NCBI GenBank assembly: GCA_017550405.1
Contig: JAFZPH010000019.1
Coordinates: forward strand, 35,075-99,074
From: Bacteroidales bacterium
Lineage (GTDB): Bacteria; Bacteroidota; Bacteroidia; Bacteroidales; P3
Length of the DNA stretch: 64,000 nt
Reading direction: 5' to 3'
The position numbers were made by a program, and so were the translations under genes. Shown piece after piece: positions 53,824 to 64,000 of this stretch; position 1 is the first letter of the stretch; each line of letters opens with the position of its first letter. The notes under the pieces were generated by a model. That model did no database searches, was not told where the DNA came from, and saw only the letters and a program-made list of their open reading frames with translations.

Positions 53824-54163
53824 TTCGTTTTCCCTTATACGTGGCGGGTACAACTCCTCTGCTGTCCGACCCGTAACAGCATGGTTACAAAAGAAGCGTG
53901 GGCCTGTATGTCTCACATTGTACTTGAAGGTCCTAGGAAAACCCGATAATCTAATGTAAAACAGCCCACGCGTGCATACGCGAAGCTGCAATACAACCTT
54001 GATTATCTGCTTGAAAATTTCCTAGGTTCTCAAGTACAAGGAAGCATAACGCTTCTATAATTAATTACTTTCGGTTTGAGCTTATATTCTCAAAACCGAT
54101 TGCAAAAATACGACTTTTTCCCGGTATGACAAAAAATATTTTCTACAAGTCAAAAAATAGTCG

Positions 54164-54171
54164 TAATTTTG
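54164..54171 (+). promoter_or_regulatory. -7 box for the DUF3800 operon
   Basis: TAATTTTG lies 26 nt upstream of the ATG at 54197. Confidence 0.5.
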
Positions 54172-54196
54172 CAACCTAAAAACAGATAATAATAAA

Positions 54197-54871
54197 ATGA
54201 GCAAGACATTCAATATATATTGCGATGAGAGTTGCCATTTGGAACACGACCATAAGCCATATATGTTTTTAGGATCGGTGAGTTGTGCGTATCCACAAGT
54301 CCAGATACACAGTCAACAGATTAAAGAGATGAAGTTGAGGCATAACTGCAATCGAGAAATCAAGTGGTCAACAGTGTCCAAGTCAAAACTAAAATTCTAT
54401 CTTGAACTTACAGATTACTTCTTTGCAACGGATATGTGTTTTCGTGCGGTTGGTGTCGAAAAGTCAAAGATAAAATGCGATGGGAATAATACATACGATG
54501 ACTTTTACTATAAGATGTATTATCAGCTTATCAATTATCGCATAAGCAGCATGTATTCATACAACGTGTATCTGGACATCAAAGACACCTTGAGTGCATA
54601 CAAGGTCCGGAAACTTCGTGAAATACTTAACAACAAATATAATTCGGAACTATTCCGAACAATTCAAAATATACGGTCGGAAGAGAGTGTGTTGATGCAA
54701 CTCTCTGACTTCATAATGGGTGCAATATCATACAATGCCAATGACACAGAACGTAAAAATATGGCTAAGGTACAGATTATTGACCGTATAAAGAAGCATG
54801 CAGGACTAATTGATCTCGGAAAAACCAACTATTCCGAAAAACTCAACCTTTTCTTCATAGAACTGCGATAA
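54197..54871 (+). CDS. DUF3800-family protein
   Basis: The N-terminal FNIYCDESCHLEHD fits the DUF3800 IY.DES signature. 224 aa, AT-rich. Confidence 0.65.
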   Translation: MSKTFNIYCDESCHLEHDHKPYMFLGSVSCAYPQVQIHSQQIKEMKLRHNCNREIKWSTVSKSKLKFYLELTDYFFATDMCFRAVGVEKSKIKCDGNNTYDDFYYKMYYQLINYRISSMYSYNVYLDIKDTLSAYKVRKLREILNNKYNSELFRTIQNIRSEESVLMQLSDFIMGAISYNANDTERKNMAKVQIIDRIKKHAGLIDLGKTNYSEKLNLFFIELR

Positions 54872-54873
54872 CT

Positions 54874-55383
54874 ATGCCCACTAACTTACTTAAGAGATAT
54901 AACGCGCTGCTTGAACTTGCTGCTTTAAACGAATATCAGCGAACTGACTCCCTAAAGGGTGTGTTTCGTCGCGATATTGTAGAAAATGTTAACTTCAGAT
55001 TCCGCTTAAAGCAAATCAAGCCGACTTCCGCCGATGGAGAAGATTCTATGGAACGCCTGTTTCGGCACTTGACTACTTGTATAACAGACAAAGCCACTCA
55101 ACATCGGGAGTTTGAAATGGCGAGGTCAATGAGACTGCATTGGATAAGGCATCATGTGGAAGAAAGAAAACCAGGCAATATGTATGTATTCTCTGTTGAC
55201 GAACCCAAAAGTGGCATTAGAACATACATATATGATAGCGATGAGATGTATGTAATAGTCCTTGAACCTTTGCGCAATGGAACAGAATATTATCTCCTTA
55301 CCGCATATTATCTTGAAGGTAAAGATGCCGCCAGAGACAAGATGATGAAAAAGTATAAGCGTCGGCTTCCCTACCTTGCATAA
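54874..55383 (+). CDS. Hypothetical protein, translationally coupled partner of the DUF3800 gene
   Basis: Starts 2 nt after the DUF3800 stop. 169 aa, with a His-rich RLHWIRHHVEE segment. I recognise no family. Confidence 0.55.
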   Translation: MPTNLLKRYNALLELAALNEYQRTDSLKGVFRRDIVENVNFRFRLKQIKPTSADGEDSMERLFRHLTTCITDKATQHREFEMARSMRLHWIRHHVEERKPGNMYVFSVDEPKSGIRTYIYDSDEMYVIVLEPLRNGTEYYLLTAYYLEGKDAARDKMMKKYKRRLPYLA

Positions 55384-55614
55384 AGCAAAAGACGCATGAC
55401 TTCATGGTCAAGCGTCCTTCGATTTCCTTCCCTAATGAGGGATGAACTAGGCTGCAAAAATACGATTTTTTTTCAATATAGAAATAAAATTCAACAAACA
55501 AAATTACATATTTTTCTATAAGTTATTGAATATAAAAAGAATTCAAACCATCGAACCAAATATAAATTAAGCGTGCAGCGGGAATACTTTTATTGTGATA
55601 GCAACGCTTTTGTC

Positions 55615-55650
55615 ATACAAATAAAGGGTGCCCAGTTGGGACACCCTTTG
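55615..55650 (-). terminator. Probable terminator of groEL
   Basis: AAAGGGTG/CACCCTTT stem about 45 nt after the stop. A moderately U-rich tail follows on the minus strand. Confidence 0.5.
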
Positions 55651-55695
55651 CATTTGATTGATTGGAAGAGGACATGATGTCCGTGCTCCCAAGGC

Positions 55696-57369
<1,674 letters not shown>

Positions 57370-57388
57370 TTATTCTGAATAATCTGAC

Positions 57389-57658
57389 TTAAATAATAGC
57401 GTACACGTCGCTTTCTTTCATAATCATATACTTCACACCGTCAATCTCGACCTCGGTGCCACTGTATTTGCCATACAGCACATGGTCGCCCACCTTCAAG
57501 GTCATCTCGTGGTCCTTGGTGCCTTTGCCAACGGCAATCACCTGGCCTCTTTGGGGTTTCTCTTTTGCGGTGTCGGGGATGATGATACCCGATGCTGTTT
57601 TTTGCTCAGCCTCTGCGGGCTGAATCAGAACGCGGTCTGCTAAGGGTTGAATGTTCAT
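57389..57658 (-). CDS. groS: Co-chaperonin GroES
   Basis: [45 protein letters not shown] chose the ATG at 57658. Confidence 0.93.
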   Translation of the reverse strand: MNIQPLADRVLIQPAEAEQKTASGIIIPDTAKEKPQRGQVIAVGKGTKDHEMTLKVGDHVLYGKYSGTEVEIDGVKYMIMKESDVYAII

Positions 57659-57807
57659 AATTCTATAATTTTTAGTTTTTATTTCGCATTTGTGCATCTC
57701 TTCCCTTGCATATACCATGCCAAACGCCCCACACATCATTGTCACTGACATAATGTCACACAATAATACTGCCACATCCTCGTTACCATAACAAATATTT
57801 TCTCAAC

Positions 57808-58596
57808 ATGACATTATCCGAAATCATCCAATTCCTCGACAGCGAATTTCACCCCGAATACCAAGAGGACTACGACAATTCTGGATTCCTTCTCGGCAAT
57901 CCCGACTGCGAGTGTACGGGGGCGCTAGTTGCCCTCGACCTCACCCCCGCCGTGGTCGACGAAGCCATCTCCCTTGGCACCAACCTCATTGTCACCCACC
58001 ATCCCTTCATCTTCAGCGGCATCAAGCGAATCACACCTGCCAATGCCACAGGCCGAGCCATCATCTCACTTATCAAGAACGATATAGCCGTCTACGCAGC
58101 CCACACCAACCTCGACAACCTCAAGGATGGCATCAATGGTATCCTCGCCTTCCAACTCGGTCTGACAGATTGTCATATCCTCCGTCCCCTGCAATCCGCC
58201 TCGTCACCCGACATCGGTGCCGGAATGATTGGCTCTCTCCCCTATCCCATACCCACATCAGCTTTCCTCGAGCAGGTGAAAGTAGCCCTCGGCCTGCCCA
58301 TCCTGCGTGTCAGCGACCTCGCCACCCCTGCCGTCAGCCGCGTCGCCATCTGCGGCGGTGCTGGCAGTTTCCTCATCGACGACGCCATCCGTCAGCAGGC
58401 CGACATCTACCTCACCGGCGACATGAAATACCACGACTTCCAGCGTGCCGAAGGCCGCATCACCCTTGCCGACATAGGCCATTACGAAAGCGAGCAATTC
58501 GGCAAACAACTAATTTATTCTGTTATATCAAAAAAATTTAGTAATTTTGCATGTTTCATCAGCCGGCAAGGCAAAAGCTTTGTCTCTTATATTTAG
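57808..58596 (+). CDS. Nif3-like dinuclear metal-centre protein (YbgI/GTP cyclohydrolase 1 type 2 family)
   Basis: YDNSGFLLGN, LIVTHHPFIF, VYAAHTNLD and ICGGAG...YLTGDMKYHD motifs. Confidence 0.85.
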   Translation: MTLSEIIQFLDSEFHPEYQEDYDNSGFLLGNPDCECTGALVALDLTPAVVDEAISLGTNLIVTHHPFIFSGIKRITPANATGRAIISLIKNDIAVYAAHTNLDNLKDGINGILAFQLGLTDCHILRPLQSASSPDIGAGMIGSLPYPIPTSAFLEQVKVALGLPILRVSDLATPAVSRVAICGGAGSFLIDDAIRQQADIYLTGDMKYHDFQRAEGRITLADIGHYESEQFGKQLIYSVISKKFSNFACFISRQGKSFVSYI

Positions 58597-58636
58597 TTGT
58601 AATTTAGAATATTAATATATTTAGATTTATCACACA

Positions 58637-59461
58637 ATGACCAAAAAAGTCACAACACCCGAAGTCACGGAACAGACCACTGCCGAGGCCACACAACAAA
58701 TGTCCGACATCGACGTTGCCACCGAACGCCGTCTCGTAGCGCTCTACACCCTTCAGCTGGTCGATTCTGAAATTGACAAAATCAAGATCATCCGTGGCGA
58801 ACTCCCCCAGGCCATCCAGGACCTCGAAGACGAGATTGCCGGTCTCCAGACCCGCATCAGCAATTTCAAGGAAAACATCGCCGAGCAGAACGCTAACATC
58901 GTCAAGCGCAACAACGACATCGCCGACCATCAGGCCATGATCAAGAAGTACGAGAAGCAGCAGGACAACGTGCGCAACAACCGCGAGTTTGAAGCCATCA
59001 ACAAGGAAATCGAGTTCCAGAACCTCGAAATCCAGCTCTGCGAACGCCGCAACCGCGACTCCAACAGCAAAATCAAAGAACTCGAGCAGCACATCCAGGC
59101 CGCCGAGCTCCTCATAAAGAAATGCCAGGCCGAACTCGACTCCAAAAAGGCCGAACTCGACGGCATCATCGAAGAAACCAAGAAAGACGAGGTACGCTTC
59201 CTCAACAAATCCGCCGAGCAGGAGAAATACATCGACGAGCACTACCTCAATGCCTACAAGCGCATCCGCAAACAGGCCCGCAACGGTCTTGCCGTGGTCA
59301 CTATCGACCGCGATGCCTGCGGCGGCTGCTTCAGCAAAATCCCTCCCCAGCGCCAGAGCGAAATCAAGATGCACAAGAAAGTCATCGTTTGCGAGCACTG
59401 CGGCCGCATGCTTGTCGACGACGACATCGCCCGGAAAGCGCAGGAACAGCTTGACAAATAA
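58637..59461 (+). CDS. C4-type zinc-ribbon coiled-coil protein (COG1579/DUF164-like)
   Basis: A long coiled coil followed by CGGC...CEHCGR. It is the typical neighbour of Nif3. Confidence 0.75.
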   Translation: MTKKVTTPEVTEQTTAEATQQMSDIDVATERRLVALYTLQLVDSEIDKIKIIRGELPQAIQDLEDEIAGLQTRISNFKENIAEQNANIVKRNNDIADHQAMIKKYEKQQDNVRNNREFEAINKEIEFQNLEIQLCERRNRDSNSKIKELEQHIQAAELLIKKCQAELDSKKAELDGIIEETKKDEVRFLNKSAEQEKYIDEHYLNAYKRIRKQARNGLAVVTIDRDACGGCFSKIPPQRQSEIKMHKKVIVCEHCGRMLVDDDIARKAQEQLDK

Positions 59462-59498
59462 GCCTCCATTAGCACATTAACCTACAAAACCATTCATT

Positions 59499-60998
59499 AT
59501 GACCCATTATATCAATCCCGACGAGCGTCTCACTATCGCCAAGATTCGTGAAATCGTCGAAGGCCATCAGACCCTCGCCCTCAGCGACGAGGCCAAACGC
59601 CGCATCCAGAAATGCCGCGACTACCTCAACAAGAAGATGGAAACCCAGAAGGTGCCTATTTACGGTGTCACCACCGGCTTCGGCTCACTCTGCAACATCT
59701 CCATCAGCAAAGAGCAGCTCAGCCAACTGCAGAAAAACCTCGTTATGAGCCACGCCTGCGGCGTTGGCGACGAAGTTCCTGCCGAGGTTGTCCGTCTCAT
59801 GCTCCTCCTCAAAGCCCAGAACTTCTGCTTCGGCTACAGCGGTGCCCAGCTGCAGACCGTCCAGCGTCTCATCGACTGCTACAACAACGACGTTCTGCCC
59901 ATCGTTTACCAGCAGGGCAGCCTTGGTGCCAGTGGTGACCTCTGTCCCTTGGCCAACCTCATGCTCCCCGCTATCCTCGGCCTTGGCGATGTCTATTGGA
60001 AAGGCCGTCGCTGCGATGTGAAGGAAGTATACGACGCCCTTGGCTGGCAGCCCATCGAGCTTCAGAGCAAAGAGGGTCTCGCCCTCCTCAACGGCACCCA
60101 GTTCATGAGCAGCTACGCTGTGTGGTGCGTGCTCAAAGCCCAGCGTCTCAGCCGTCAGGCCGACATGCTCCTCTCCCTCAGCCTCGACGCCTTCGATGGC
60201 CGCATCGAGCCCTTCTACGAGAGCCTCCATCTGGTGCGCCCCCACAAAGGACAGCTCGAAACTGCCGCTGCCGTCCGCCGCTATACCGAGGGCAGCCAGA
60301 TAATCTCCCGCCACAAGGAGCACGTGCAGGACCCCTACAGTTTCCGCTGCGCTCCCCAGGTACACGGTGCCGCCAAGGACACCATCGCCTATGTGGCCTC
60401 TGTTGTCGAAACCGAAATCAACTCCACCACCGACAATCCCATTGTCCTTCCCGACGAAGACATGGTCATCTCCGGCGGCCATTTCCACGGTGAACCCATG
60501 GCCATGGTACTCGACTTCCTCGCCATTGCCGTGGCTGAACTCGGTAGCATCAGCGAGCGCCGTACCTACCAGCTTATCGATGCCAAGCGTGGTCTGCCCA
60601 GCTTCCTTGTTGCCAAACCCGGTCTCAACAGCGGCTTCATGATTCCGCAGTACGCTGCCGCCTCCATCGTCAGCCAGAGCAAACAACTCTGCTCACCCTG
60701 CAGCATAGACAGCATCCCCAGCAGTCAGAATCAGGAAGACCTCGTCAGCATGGGCGGCAACGCTGCCACAAAGTGCTATAAGGTCATGGAGAACACCGAG
60801 CGTGTTATGGCCATCGAGCTCTTCGATGCCGCTCAGGCACTCGACTTCCGCCATCAGGAAGGGCTCAAGAGCAGCCCCTTCATCGAGGGTCTTGTGGCCG
60901 ACTACCGCAAGTGCGTCAACTTTGTCGACATCGACCAAATCATGTACAAGCACATACACGCCAGCGTCCGCTTCCTGCAGGAAATGAAACTCGACTGA
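59499..60998 (+). CDS. hutH: Histidine ammonia-lyase
   Basis: GSLGASGDLCPLA (the MIO-forming ASG). 499 aa. Confidence 0.92.
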   Translation: MTHYINPDERLTIAKIREIVEGHQTLALSDEAKRRIQKCRDYLNKKMETQKVPIYGVTTGFGSLCNISISKEQLSQLQKNLVMSHACGVGDEVPAEVVRLMLLLKAQNFCFGYSGAQLQTVQRLIDCYNNDVLPIVYQQGSLGASGDLCPLANLMLPAILGLGDVYWKGRRCDVKEVYDALGWQPIELQSKEGLALLNGTQFMSSYAVWCVLKAQRLSRQADMLLSLSLDAFDGRIEPFYESLHLVRPHKGQLETAAAVRRYTEGSQIISRHKEHVQDPYSFRCAPQVHGAAKDTIAYVASVVETEINSTTDNPIVLPDEDMVISGGHFHGEPMAMVLDFLAIAVAELGSISERRTYQLIDAKRGLPSFLVAKPGLNSGFMIPQYAAASIVSQSKQLCSPCSIDSIPSSQNQEDLVSMGGNAATKCYKVMENTERVMAIELFDAAQALDFRHQEGLKSSPFIEGLVADYRKCVNFVDIDQIMYKHIHASVRFLQEMKLD

Positions 60999-61024
60999 TA
61001 ACATTCCCACATCATGTAATATCA

Positions 61025-61059
61025 AGAGACACAAGTCGCGCAGACTTGTGTCTCTTTTT
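61025..61059 (+). terminator. Intrinsic terminator of hutH
   Basis: AGAGACACAAGTC-GCGCA-GACTTGTGTCTCT followed by TTTT. Confidence 0.8.
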
Positions 61060-61177
61060 CCCCTTAAAACGCTCTTAACGAAATCCGGATATAAAGCTTA
61101 CAACATGAAAAAAGCCTTGCAGGAAACGAGTTCCCGCAAGGCCAAAAGCATGATATGTAATGATTGATTGTTGTTGA

Positions 61178-61960
61178 CTATTTTACATCTTGAACCAAAC
61201 GTACAGCGAAGCCGGGATAGCGGTGGGTGTAGCACATCACCCCCAATTCTTTTGTCAGGGCAGTGAAACCGAAACCCCACGCACCGTTGACGAAGTCGCC
61301 CGTTGATGTCCAGTAACGTCCAGGCGACCATAATGAAACAAACGACGCTCCTTCGCGGTAGCCGGAAGCAGGCAGGAACACAGCACCGGCATCCTCCATT
61401 TTCTTCCACGTGTAGCCTCTGTAATCGTTGCTGTCAATGTAATTCACTCCAGGGAAGAACAAGCAGCTGTCGGGCAGCGTCCACATATCAGGCAACAGAA
61501 TGATACCGGTTTTGTTTTCCACCCTGCCTATGGCATACTTCTTCTTGGCATCGGGTCTTCCTTTCAATATGTATTTCCATTCGTCCTTGTTCAAGGTGCG
61601 CCAATTGCCACCCAGTTTCGTACCCCAGTCCTCAAACGTGGCATAATCCTCATCCTTCTCGGTATAGAGCATAGGATTGTTTGCCGTTCCCCATCCAAAA
61701 AGGTCGATATCGCCATGATAGTTGGGTTTGTCTATCGAGTCGTTATACCCACCGGTGATATCCCACTGGTTTTCATACATGGCAAACGTCTTGGTCAGCA
61801 CGTTATAGTATACATTGCCCTTTGCGAATTTCACCTGACGGCCACCGCCCACGGAGAATCCTCCTGCCACCATAACTTCTTTCTTGCAACCTGTTGTAAC
61901 CACAGCCAACAGAGCCAATGCAACAATTTTTGTCAGTGATAAAACACCTTTTTTTGTCAT
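61178..61960 (-). CDS. Lipoprotein of a FISUMP/DUF1566-like family (paralogue of 38707-39573)
   Basis: Lipobox VTTGC. Motifs DLFGWGTANNP, WRTLNKDEWKYIL, ILLPDMWTLP, AVFLPASGY and GFAVRLVQD. Confidence 0.65.
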   Translation of the reverse strand: MTKKGVLSLTKIVALALLAVVTTGCKKEVMVAGGFSVGGGRQVKFAKGNVYYNVLTKTFAMYENQWDITGGYNDSIDKPNYHGDIDLFGWGTANNPMLYTEKDEDYATFEDWGTKLGGNWRTLNKDEWKYILKGRPDAKKKYAIGRVENKTGIILLPDMWTLPDSCLFFPGVNYIDSNDYRGYTWKKMEDAGAVFLPASGYREGASFVSLWSPGRYWTSTGDFVNGAWGFGFTALTKELGVMCYTHRYPGFAVRLVQDVK

Positions 61961-62370
61961 AATAATTTCGTTTTATGTCGTTTTATATCTTTATGTTTCA
62001 CAACTCTATAACGTGACGATGACCCACCGCCGCCGCTACAGTTCCGTTTCGTTTTACAACTGCAAAGATACGATTTATTTTTGAATTGCAACATTTTTTT
62101 AACGCAAATCATACGGGCATGGTCTGCCCCCACCGCTGTGTCCTTTCCAAGTCTCCCCTGCTCCACCGCAGTGCTGGGAAGTTTCAGCCGTCGGCATGCC
62201 ACGACCCACTAGGGTCGTTCAATCCCGGCTCGATGCTGCCTGCTTCCCGGCTGGTTATCCGTTATCATGTCGAGTAACGATGCTATAACGATACTATAAC
62301 GATGCAGGATTGAACGGCCCCTCTCCGTAGCGTGGGGAAATCGTTGCCGCTACACGGTGCAGGGGTCTGC

Positions 62371-62422
62371 TGTCAACAAAACGAAGGTGTCCCGTCTTTT
62401 CGTCGGGACACCTTCGAGTTTT
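62371..62422 (-). terminator. Bidirectional hairpin terminator downstream of the LRR gene
   Basis: 13-bp stem CGAAGGTGTCCCG/CGGGACACCTTCG. A T-run follows on the minus strand (TTTTGTT) and AGTTTT follows on the plus strand. Confidence 0.7.
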
Positions 62423-62500
62423 AAAACATAACGCCTGACTCTATCCTATGGTTCATACTGCCGGCCTTCGTGGGAATGAGTCTGTTGGGGTTATGATTTC

Positions 62501-63271
62501 TTACATGGACTGGATGGCGTACTGCCCCCAGATGTAGGAGGCTTTGTAAGCCGGGAAGTACTGATTGATGACGTAGATGGGTATCTCGCGGCCGAAAGCG
62601 GGGACACATTCGGGTTCGGGCGGCACAGGACCGAAAAAGGTGACACTCTTCAGCTGCTCGTAGCCGTCGAAAGCATGACATCCGATAGAAATAACTGAGG
62701 CGGGGATGAGGAAATCCGTGGCCGACTTGCAGTTCATGAAAGTGCCTTCGGGAATCTCGGTGAGGCCGTGGGATATGACAAAATGGCGCACATTGTCGCA
62801 GTCCTTGAAGACATAGGTGCCCATCTCGTTGACAGAATTGGGCATGACCACGTCTATGAGTGAAGTGCAGCCTTCGAAAGCGCTGGACCCGATATAGGTG
62901 AGCGTCTTGGGCATAAGGATGACACGGAGGTCGGTGCAGCGGTAGAAGGCGCGCTCGCCTACGAAGAACATGGTGGTGGGGAGTTCCACTCCCTGGATGC
63001 GGATGCAGTTGGCGAAGGCCTCGTCGGCGACGCCGGTGACGACATAGTTCTGGTCGTTGTATTTCACGGTACGGGGCACTTTGATATAGCCGCCGAGTAA
63101 CTCGGGATTCTGGTTATTGTACCATACATTCACTTCGCCGTAGTCGATGATTTTGTAATGAAGCACCTGTCCGGTGGAGCATACAGCGGAGAAGTCGGCC
63201 TTCTGGTCGGCCTGGGCAAAGGCTGGGCTTGTCAGCAGGACAAGCAGGATGATGTTGATGACTTTTTTCAT
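62501..63271 (-). CDS. BspA-type leucine-rich-repeat surface protein
   Basis: Signal peptide, then repeated AF..C..L..V.LP..V..IG..AF units (for example AFEGCTSLIDVVMPNSVNEMG). Confidence 0.8.
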   Translation of the reverse strand: MKKVINIILLVLLTSPAFAQADQKADFSAVCSTGQVLHYKIIDYGEVNVWYNNQNPELLGGYIKVPRTVKYNDQNYVVTGVADEAFANCIRIQGVELPTTMFFVGERAFYRCTDLRVILMPKTLTYIGSSAFEGCTSLIDVVMPNSVNEMGTYVFKDCDNVRHFVISHGLTEIPEGTFMNCKSATDFLIPASVISIGCHAFDGYEQLKSVTFFGPVPPEPECVPAFGREIPIYVINQYFPAYKASYIWGQYAIQSM

Positions 63272-63324
63272 GGGTTATAGGGGTTTATATGGATTACACT
63301 GTTGTCGGGTTAAGGGATAAGGAA

Positions 63325-64000
63325 TTAATGAGCCTCGAGCCAGTTGCTGCCAATGCCAATGCCCACCTCGACGGGAATGGACAGTGGCAGGGCGTTGGTC
63401 ATGGCCTCGAGGACGATGGCCTGCACCTGGTCTTGCTCGGGTTTGTAACAGTCGAAAACCAATTCGTCGTGTACCTGGAGAATCATTTTGGAGCGCAGTC
63501 CCAGCTGGCGGAACTGGCGGTGGATGTTAATCATGGCTATCTTGATCATGTCCGCCGAAGTGCCTTGTATGGGCATATTGACAGCGTTGCGCTCGGCAAA
63601 GCTGCGGGCAGAGGCGTTGCGCGAGTTGATGTCGGCGAGGTAGCGGCGACGGCCCAGAAGGGTCTGGGCGTAGCCATGCTCGTGGGCGAAGGCGATATTG
63701 GTGTCGATATAATGCTTGATGTCGGGATACTGGGTGAAATACTCGTCGATGAGGGCGGAAGCCTCTTTGCGCGGAATGCCCAGCTGCTCGCTGAGACCGA
63801 AGGCACTGATGCCGTAGATGATGCCGAAGTTGACCGACTTGGCGTTGCGCCGCAGGTCCTTGGAGACCTCGTCGATGGGCATGCCGTAGATTTTGGCAGC
63901 CGTGGCGGCGTGGATGTCGTAGTGGTTAGCAAAGGCGTCGATCATGTGGCGGTCGTTGGCCAGGGAGGCGATGATGCGCAACTCGATCTGCGAGTAGTCG
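63325..64000 (-). CDS. polA: DNA polymerase I, C-terminal part; the 5' end lies outside the window
   Basis: Motif B RRNAKSVNFGIIYG and motif C QVHDELVFD. It ends ...NWLEAH. Confidence 0.93.
   Translation of the reverse strand, partial: DYSQIELRIIASLANDRHMIDAFANHYDIHAATAAKIYGMPIDEVSKDLRRNAKSVNFGIIYGISAFGLSEQLGIPRKEASALIDEYFTQYPDIKHYIDTNIAFAHEHGYAQTLLGRRRYLADINSRNASARSFAERNAVNMPIQGTSADMIKIAMINIHRQFRQLGLRSKMILQVHDELVFDCYKPEQDQVQAIVLEAMTNALPLSIPVEVGIGIGSNWLEAH

Noticed and set aside
53824-53991. N-terminal extension of the TerB-like ORF (MQLRVCTRGLFYIRL...).
   Set aside because: The composition is not protein-like, and the internal ATG at 53823 is followed directly by a TM helix. Treating the stretch as 5' UTR is more plausible.
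55298-55501. A 67-aa minus-strand ORF downstream of the orphan promoter motif.
   Set aside because: It has a TTG start, its translation is hydrophobic low-complexity read through an A/T-rich spacer, and it overlaps the 3' end of a better-supported plus-strand gene.
62196-62240. A tRNA-like T-arm (GGGTCGTTCAATCCCGG).
   Set aside because: The flanks do not form a 5-bp T-stem, acceptor stem or anticodon arm. The local pairing is a simple CGACCC/GGGTCG hairpin.

Overview
This is a chromosomal segment from a Bacteroidota genome, probably Bacteroidales (Prevotella- or Muribaculaceae-like). The placement rests on a T9SS C-terminal sorting domain at the left edge, TAnnTTTG -7 promoter boxes upstream of many genes, and the overall gene content. 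The backbone is GC-rich with high GC3 and carries ordinary housekeeping genes: panD, trxB, pta, glyQS, an M16 peptidase, two tandem M20 dipeptidases, ftcD, an M13 peptidase, groES/groEL, hutH and the 3' end of polA.

Three AT-rich accessory blocks interrupt this backbone.

(1) About 14.9-29.8 kb is a defence island. It contains a COG1373-type ATPase, then a four-gene operon (PLD-SNF2 helicase, Eco57I/TaqI-type m6A methyltransferase, an RxxxxH/HEPN-like protein and a 2-TM protein). After that come an AbiEi/AbiEii pair and an overlapping ABC-type ATPase plus a 143-aa PD-(D/E)xK-like gene pair that I cannot assign to a named system. The last two cassettes are separated by same-orientation arrays of a ~55-bp repeat. 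The island as a whole lies between inverted copies of a MITE-like element.

(2) 40.3-41.4 kb is a 1.1-kb ORF-free AT-rich region next to an XRE regulator. It holds repeated TTTACATCTGTAA palindromes and a small cluster of near-consensus DnaA boxes.

(3) 49.2-55.5 kb carries HigBA, a five-gene membrane operon (TerB-like, Cys/His-rich membrane paralogues of which one is frameshifted, and a Sel1-repeat protein), and a DUF3800 gene with an unknown partner.

Intergenic spacers across the window are built from short 'word' repeats that often form long hairpins. Three such word tracts sit in frame inside the methyltransferase CDS.

I recognised no rRNA, tRNA, CRISPR array, integrase or transposase. 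All product calls come from motif recognition by eye; no database search was run. Non-CDS coordinates were hand-counted and may be off by 1-2 nt.
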